Assembly (NCBI GenBank): GCA_963924565.1
Contig: OZ004611.1
Location: 21,886,001 to 21,950,000 of the forward strand
Source of the DNA: Ascidiella aspersa
Lineage: Eukaryota
Length of the DNA: 64,000 bases
Direction of reading: 5' to 3'
Shown here: in pieces, positions 53,116 through 61,152 of the stretch
Position numbering within the stretch: the stretch's first letter is position 1
Layout of the letters: each line of letters opens with the position of its first letter
Translations under genes and position numbers: made by a program
Notes under the pieces: model-generated
Seen by the model: the letters and a program-made list of their open reading frames with translations, nothing else
What the model was told of the DNA's origin: nothing
Databases searched by the model: none

Positions 53116-55152
53116 TCAAACCGGGACGAACACAGGTCCGGGGTTTCCGCGACATTTTAAAAGGCAGGTGACGATCTTGCGCCACGGCCCGAAGGCTGTC
53201 AGCACGCAGACGTACGTCACAAACAGTATTGCGTCGAAGAGCGTGTAGCTGACGTGGCGCGTTGCGTGCTTAAGGTCGGCGGCGAGGTAAATCGCCACAA
53301 AGGAACTGACCACGACGACCGTGGCGGTGGCGGCCGAGCGCCCAAAGACCTTGAGGACGCGGCGCACATTCTTGCTCTCCTGGAGCTGGAAGCTGAGCGG
53401 TAAAAGTAATAGTAGAACGAGGAGCAACTGAGCAATGAATGTGGTGCAGAAGGCTAGCTTCAGACTCCACGAGTTAGCGTTAATATTCCCGTAACTTGGC
53501 ACGCAGCCTCGGTTGGAGCTAGCTGTTTCGATCGCTGCTGTGTAGGACACGACCGACCCCACGCCGCCCACAGTAACTACGAACAGGGTGGACCACTTGA
53601 GGGCCTGCATCCACTTGGGGACCGGTCGTAGCTCGGACACCAGCTGCAAGAGACGGTGCTGTCGGAGCCACAGCACCAGGTACATGCCCACGATCGCCAC
53701 CGTGTACAAAGCGGTGCTGAGCTTGGCCAGAGCGCTGCAAATGGGTGTGCCGTTAGTGCCGTAGCCCACGTTGAAGACCACCTGTTTTAGACAAAAAAAC
53801 ATAAAGGTAAAAAATAGATCTAAAACAATGGTTCCCAACCGAGGGTTCGCACGGCACGGGTTTGTCTGGGGGTCGCGTATGTATTATTGGATAAAGGAAA
53901 AACTTTATACGAAATAAGAATTTTGAACTAAAGGTTTACCAGTATAGAAGGAGCAAAAGCAACCTCCAGTCTAACATTTGTGTTTGTTTACGTCTTTACG
54001 ACGTCACCTTTACACTTTTTAATTAATTAATCAAGGATAGCTTCATTCAAACAAAAAAATAGAAACGAATTGACTCTTAAATCGTAACTTTAGCTTGTTG
54101 TGCACACTTAGATCCGGATATTTTAGCCAAATTTTGATACAATCACTCTTTTTTCCTAATTTAAAGTTTGCCAATTTTGAGATGTGTTTTTGTTGAGTTC
54201 ATTTTATGTATCATACACTATAATTAGGGCGTCGCGCGAGAACAAAATAGTTGGGAACACTTGAATTCGAAAACAACCTTAATTCAAAACATAGAATGTT
54301 GCAGTTTCGCCAAAAGCGGAATCCTCAGTTTTGCCAAAATCAGCAAACACAACGAAAACACTAAGCATGTTTTAAAAGTTTTTCAACGCTTAGGTTCCTT
54401 TCGGATCTTGCGATATGAATAAAAGATTAACATCTGGCAGTGGTAGAAGTATAGGCACCAAACGTGGGTGTGTAGAGCGTTTTTAGACGTCATGGAATTC
54501 TCGCAGGGCGTCGAAACTCCCGATGGAATTCGACCAAGTTATCAATGAATGTGCAAAATAATTTCTGCATAGCACTGTCATAGTTAACCAAAAGTGTTTA
54601 AAACTTTCCTTGGTTACCATATTTGTACGATGCTATATAATTCCAAAACTAACAACTTGTTTTTTCAAATTATTGTTAAGTTTAGGCCAAAAGTGCGAAA
54701 AAAGATTTTTAAAGGCGAAATGGTTTTCTTGGTGGTACCAGGCAAAAGCTGTTTTCTAAGAATACATTTTTATCTAATTAATAAGTAATTATAGAAAATA
54801 ACGCCCTTGAATTTTGAAAGATCGGCGCCTATGGTTTGAACAGGTCTGGATCCAAATAGAACAACAACCAAAATATTAATAACAGTAATAATTTATCAGC
54901 AACCTGGTTTACGACGTAGTGCAGCAGTAAGGGGAGGGCGCAAAGGAGGTAGCAAGTGTACATGCGCACGCACATCAGACCGTCGTTGGCGCGCGGCGTA
55001 TCCTGCCACATTCCGGTCCGCTTTCCGTACACCAGAAAGCTGACGCCCACCCAGGTAATGCAGAGCAGCGCAAAGCAGTTAAAGACCTCGGCCGCTATCC
55101 ATTCTGCCTGCATGAAGCGGTCGAACGGTATTGGGTTGCTCAGGTTGCTCAT
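53116..55152 (-). CDS. 7TM family locus 9, two coding exons (55152-54904 and 53781-53116; 304 aa)
   Basis: MSNLSNPIPFDRFMQAEW...VVNQ joins VVFNVGY... across a 1122-bp phase-0 intron AAC CAG|gttgct...aaacag|GTG GTC. The donor is weaker than consensus. Confidence 0.8.
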
Positions 55153-55267
55153 TGTTAAGGCAGTTGTTCTCAACCTTTTATGGCTTACTGCACCCCTGAA
55201 AAATCATAAATCGTTTTTCGGCAACCCGACTGGAATTTTCGTTGAGTGCTTCACTAAAACGTCACTA

Positions 55268-55478
55268 TAAATGGAACTGGAACAACGCAATCAACTTGAA
55301 ACATGTTGGAAAATGTCATTTGATATAATGGTTTTTAATTGTACCCAAATAGTTGAATCAAGAAGCTTACCAATTGAGAAAAAATCAGGTTCTTAATAAA
55401 TCTGAAATACCTATCGGTACCCTTAAGCACTATAAATAGCACACCAGGGCGTCGCGGCACCCCGGTTAAGAACCACTG
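55268..55478. mobile_element. Right-end fragment of a hAT-like repeat (second copy ~57333-57532, short piece ~45161-45197)
   Basis: Alignable ~200-bp segments ending in ggttaagaaccactg / ggttgaggaccactg. Confidence 0.6.
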
Positions 55479-56139
55479 TTTAAAGAACAACCCTGGCCGA
55501 CCGAGTAGTACTTAATCGAACCGCAATGACTTACTTTAAAAATGCACCTGGAGCAGTCTTATGCGTAATCTAAATCCCTACTAAGGGACTTTCACGACCC
55601 AGCTGTATTTTATCGGTTGTTATCACTGAAAATAAAAACGGACAGGATTAGACAATTATTACAATCCGTTATTAACGAAAACACTTGGAGAAATATTATA
55701 TTTTGTATAGGCGCTGGAGAATATTATCTTTTGTAGTTGCAGTTTCAGTAAGTTTTCGCCTGAATCACTTGTGATTTTTCTTTAATTTTGCGTATACTCA
55801 AAAGGGTTCAAAAGTGGTTAGGCTGCCATATATTTTTAAGGTTCGTGTGAAAATCAGTTTAAGAACCCTTGCACTAAAACTACGTAACCCCATTGGTCCG
55901 CGAACACAACCTAAGTACCACTTATCAAGTTTTAACAATATTCGACTTAAACAAAAACCCTTAGGGTACCGTAAGCGTCTGCACTCAATGGTACTGGTTC
56001 AATGAGGTAATAAAGGAAAATACGTAACAAGGAATATTAGAACCAGCGGACAATGGCACAAAGACAATAACAACAATAGCTGCTTTTAAAGCATTGATAG
56101 TAGTGGCTCCTGTTTGGACTCCAGCTATAAAACCAAAAT

Positions 56140-56340
56140 CAGGGTTGCCAGTTAGGTATTTTTTAAAGCCAAATTTAACACAAAAAGAGAAAAAATGCCC
56201 AAAAAACTACAAAAAGAGAAAAATTTGAGATAAATTGCCACAAAAAGAGAAATTCATTGTACAATTTACCATTTATTGCAATTTTTATTTATTTTTTTGG
56301 CTTAGTTTGGCTTTTTTTTCTTTGCAATCTGGAAACCCTG
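56140..56340. mobile_element. 201-bp hAT-type MITE
   Basis: TIR CAGGGTTGCCAG / CTGGAAACCCTG, perfect TSD ACCAAAAT. Confidence 0.85.
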
Positions 56341-56880
56341 ACCAAAATAGGACTAATATACCTAATAGTCGTAATATCCTCTTAATCGGAATAAGTCCAA
56401 AATCCGTGGGAACAAGACCTAAATAGCCAGAATCAGGCCTATATCGTGTGTGGCGAAACCAGATATTTTGTTTTACGTTGGGCGCTATAGGATGTTGCAA
56501 TTCGTTATTTTTAACTATAGCGGTCTTCATAAGTCATGTCAAACACTTTTTGTAGGCCGTGAGGTTATTTTTACTAAAATTAAGTACCGAAAAGAGAACA
56601 GTTTTTCAGGTACATGTAAGATTATATGAAGGTCCTGCTTTTTGAACAGAAAATACATCTATAGGTTTCAACAAACTTTTAATGATTAGTAAAATAAAAT
56701 ATTGTAAATTTTATAGACTTTCTTGTGTAATACATCTCACACCGGCTGAAGGTATTATCAATAGGCCCAGGCTTTGAACAGACTGAACCAAAACACCTTT
56801 TCACAGCTATAGCTTTTTATAATTTCGAACTGAGATTCCTCTTGAATAAAGAATTCAAAACGCAACAATTTACATAGAGT

Positions 56881-57102
56881 ATACTTTAGAATCTTACCTG
56901 CTCTGGTTAGAACTGTGGTTTAAACTTAAGTACCCTACAAAGTTTTTTTTCTAACAGAGCTGGCACAAGTACAGGTTAATATAGTAAAATAGAATAACGA
57001 GGAGGCCTTCCTATACTTAAGTTTGGTGCGAGACGGTGCCTACACGTAACTTCCGAAACGTAACATGATTTATGTTTGCCAATGAGCGATTCTCGGGAAG
57101 TC
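56881..57102 (-). promoter_or_regulatory. Candidate promoter plus non-coding first exon of locus 9 (donor at 56897)
   Basis: Paralogous to 47432-47650. A matching acceptor ttttcag lies at 55196, 43 nt before the ATG. Confidence 0.6.
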
Positions 57103-57950
57103 CGAGTGTAACGTAAACTACATTTATGGACAACTTGCGAAACAAAATGCTTCCATATTTGTAATGGATAATCACCAACAGGGGGGAATTCAGAGAGGGC
57201 ACCAGGCCATGGACTCTTCAAACTATTTTTTTGCCAACTTTTGCTATATACAACATTTTGTGTCTTACGGCACCCCTCAAAAAGAATAAATAGATTTCGA
57301 CTGGGAATATTGTTTTTTTAACGGGAAATACAATAAATGGAACTGAAACAACCTAATCAACGTGAAACGTGTAACAAAAGGTCATTTAATACAATACACA
57401 AATCGTTGTATCAAGAAGCTTACCAAATGAGCAAAAATTAGAATGGTTAAAAGTTCTTAAATACCCGGCGGTACCCTTGAGCATTAGAAATGGCACACTA
57501 GGGGGCCGCGGCACTCTGGTTGAGGACCACTGGTCTTCACAGTGCAATTTTTGCAACTTTAGGCTTTAAATACCGTTGATTTGCGCAATACTGAAATATA
57601 TTTTTGCCTAAAAACGACACGTTCGTATTTAACAACTGAAACTTTTATATACATATATGTGTGCCGTTAAAGTTGGCCAGAACGACTCCAGAAGGGCTTG
57701 ATCACAGTCAGTGGTGTATAAAAGTGTTTTGTTTAAACGTTGAAATACATGTAATCCCATGCATATAAGCACGGATTTCTGCGTATTTTAAAACACTAAT
57801 GAAAAATTCTTGTTTCAAACGTCTTGAGATTGTTGTTATTTTTTGGCTGTCTCTTGCCTCTCAGGTTTATAAGTGGTTAATTTCAAACACCTTTTAGCTG
57901 TATGTTACTGTTCTAATTTTGCCCCTGCTGTCCAAGTGAAACCTTGACGC

Positions 57951-58767
57951 GTGAACCGTTTTAATCAGTCGGAATGGATTTCAGTTCAAGTTTATAGCTC
58001 ACTGGATATACTGTCAGCATAGCCTGGGTAATTTTAAGCTTCGCTGTTTACGGAAAAAGTATAAAAAATTGGCGTGGGACGTAGCCAATAGAGCCACGAG
58101 GTATTTGTGCTCAGCAATGCTGGCTACAAGCGCTGTTGCCTTACTGTCTGCAAACAGGTGGCCTTTACGGTGGGCTACACAAGCTTCAAAGTTCCGTGCG
58201 AAACGAGCATTGACTAATCGGGGATCTTCTACTCTCAGGCCATGGTAGGACTTAATTTGTCGTGCTTTGAGACGGGCTTTCCTATTTGCACCGCCAAGGT
58301 TTCCCAATCCGTTAGCTGGACCCGAATCAGGCCATCTCCAATGTGCTCACCCTCATGCATTCGCTTACCGATTCGCTGGCGGCTTTGACCAGCTACGTCA
58401 CGGCATCCGATTCAGGCGGCTCTTCGCGGGGCTGTATTACGGTGTAGTCGGCAAAAGCAGTCGTCTGGCCGCTCTAGGTGGCCTTCGGACAAGTGTTCGG
58501 TCAATTCGCGCTGCTCTGCCTTTTCGTATACCCTCTGCGCCTACGGTTACGAGGACAGGCAGTCGGCAAGACCCGACGCTTGCTGCGTCGCTTCGCCGCT
58601 GTAGCCGTCTGCCTGAGCCACTTGGTTTTGTCCGTCGTTGGGTAGCTTATTCCGAAAGGAGCCACGCAGCAGCATGTTAGGCTCACTGTCGTTGGCCTGA
58701 ACTTGTGCTGATGCCGTTCGGCGCTTGGCGGCGCACGGTCGTCACTTGCTCACTCAAAGCCTGCTGA
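57951..58767 (+). pseudogene. Decayed 7TM family pseudogene, locus 10 (intronless, multiple stops and frameshifts)
   Basis: Manual translation across frames gives VNRFNQSEWI, AWVILSFAVYGKSIKNWR, QVAFTVGYTSFKVPCETSID*, GSSRGCITV*SAKAVVWPL*VAFG, LLCLFVYPLRLRL, IPKGATQQHVRLTVVGLNLC* and PFGAWRR in the expected order. Boundaries are approximate. Confidence 0.88.
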
Positions 58768-60216
58768 GGCGGACGACGCGCGCCTTTCTTAACGCTAACT
58801 AGCGCGAAAGTACCCGAACGAACGCAAATGAGTGCATGAACTTTTGCATCAGTTGGTGTTACCGACGCTCGTCATCAGGGCTGCTGAACCCTCTATTGGT
58901 CCCAATAATTGTCATATATGATATAACGAACTGAATTTTTAAAAGTTTATATTTGTTTTAATCTGTGAACAACACTTTTTGTGTAGAGTGTAGAACTTTA
59001 TACTTTGTTTTAATTTTTTCGTGTTTTGAAATTTAGCATCATTTTATTTGGTTAATAATTTACATGCAAGATGCGATATTGGTTATGACTTTAGTTACAA
59101 AGCAGCGCGACTTCAATTACAAAATAAAAGTTCAGGAATATTCTTATCATTTCACTCCGTCGTACTCCTATCTAAAATCGCACTCGTTTTGCATTAGACA
59201 GTTTTATTTATAAAAATTGAAAATACAAATCAACGCCGAACGAGAAAGAACAAAACATATCACGGAATGTGCGAGTTTGCCACATTATCACACAGTGGTA
59301 AATGTTATTTATAAAAAGCAGTGCAATAAGTTGCCCTTCACAGGGTATTTCGACTTGACACGATATAACTTTTAAAATAAATCTTGAACTAATACGTCAT
59401 TCCTCGTTGTGTCCCCATTTCAAAAAAGAAAGCTTGTGAGAAATTTAGATTTTCGATAAATTTTGAAAGGCGGTCTAGTCAAAACTAATAATATAGGTTT
59501 AAATAAAATACCAAAATTTCTACCTATATAGGAATAGTTTCAGTGAGTGAACTAAAAGTTTAGCATGTTTGCAATTTTGTTGCGTCGTCTATTGCAACGA
59601 TTTTTTTTAAATTAGATCCCATGACGTATAAAAAGAAATCTCTTTACCATAAAGTTCAATGTTTGGCAGCCATGCCAAAAGGGCTGCCTAATGCTTTTAC
59701 CAAATTTTGTGCATAAAAATTGGAACTTTATTAGGGGGTTTGCATAAACAATGAAACCCGTGGAACTTTTGAACGTAAAAAACGAGTAAAAATCAGAACA
59801 CATTTAGCAAATGAAATATGGAACAAAATGCCGTGCGAACAGCGCAAAACAAAGTACGGTGGGTGGGCGACTGATAAAAAAAGCTATTCAGAAATGTTTT
59901 TAATTTTATATACATTAAAGAAGAGAAACGTACTAAGAGTCACTGAAAAACAAGCTTTCCTTTTAAGGTTAAATTTCGCGCTTTTTTACGTTGCGGCCAT
60001 CTTCGTTTGGTGAGACAAGAAATTGAAATTGTTGAAGTCTTATGAAAAAATTTCACTCAAACCATAGCCGCCATTTTGTGTCCGAAAGTAAGACTTATAT
60101 GTGCCTTTCTAAAATTTGCTTTTACTCTCGTCGCAAAGACTTCCGTAAGCGCGCCTGCTACAAGCCAAACCAAACCAAACCACACCGTACTGAATCCGTC
60201 TCCATATAAAACGAGC

Positions 60217-61117
60217 TCAAGTGGCCACGGCGCTCACAGAAGTGCCACGGCTTCGGGCGCTCGATCGGCGGCCTGAGTTGCTTTCCCCCTGACTGCCTCG
60301 CCTGTATCGACCAGCAGCTATGTAGGCTGCACAGCAGGGGAATGGCAGCAGCTTCTCGCGGTAGTCGGCGAACGAGCAGAGCACGCAAGCTACGTTAACC
60401 AGCAGGTTGCAGCTAAGCACGACGTGGTTCATATAGACGGCCGGGTACTTGTAGACGGCGGCGAAAATCGACGTGAAGATGTCTGACGCGATGCACACAG
60501 CCGTCATGAGCGCCGAGCGCCGAATCATCGGGATCACTTTGCGGGAGTTGAACCCGCGACCTAGCATCTTGCGGCGATGCAGATGAAGCGGGTAGACGAG
60601 CGAGGCTAGCATCAGCAGCTGGCAGACGATGGTGGTGCCGCCCAGTATAATCCACCTGTACTGCGTCGATTTGGTGATGACGGCCGGCGCGCACCCGTAG
60701 CTGGTCGTCACATAGGTGGGGCTGGACAGGAAGACGGCGTAGTTGGCCACGGTCAGGATGACCAGCGCCACCATGGCGGCCACGTTGATAACCTGCGCGC
60801 ACTTGCTCGTGCTTCGCTTAGTGATGGAGTGCCAGTAAAAGGCGGTGAACACGCGAAACCAGAGGGTGAGGTAGACCGACACCACGCAGAGCCCATACGA
60901 AATGATCTTGGCGCGGTGGTAATGCGTGCAGATGCCAGGAGGCGGGGGTAGGGAGACAAGGGCAGCCTCCACGGAGACGTACAGCAGAGCCGCGAACGCG
61001 CTGACCACCAGGAGTGAGTTGACGATGCCGGCTCCACGCGTCTCGTTCCGTCCGGCTCGCGGGCGTTCTGCAAAGACACGCGTATGTTGAGATTGCTGCT
61101 GTTGTTGCTGTTGCTGT

Positions 61118-61152
<35 letters not shown>

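Noticed and set aside
58267-58680. 137-aa ORF as an independent gene
   Set aside because: It is an off-frame read through the locus 10 pseudogene; the family motifs are in other frames.
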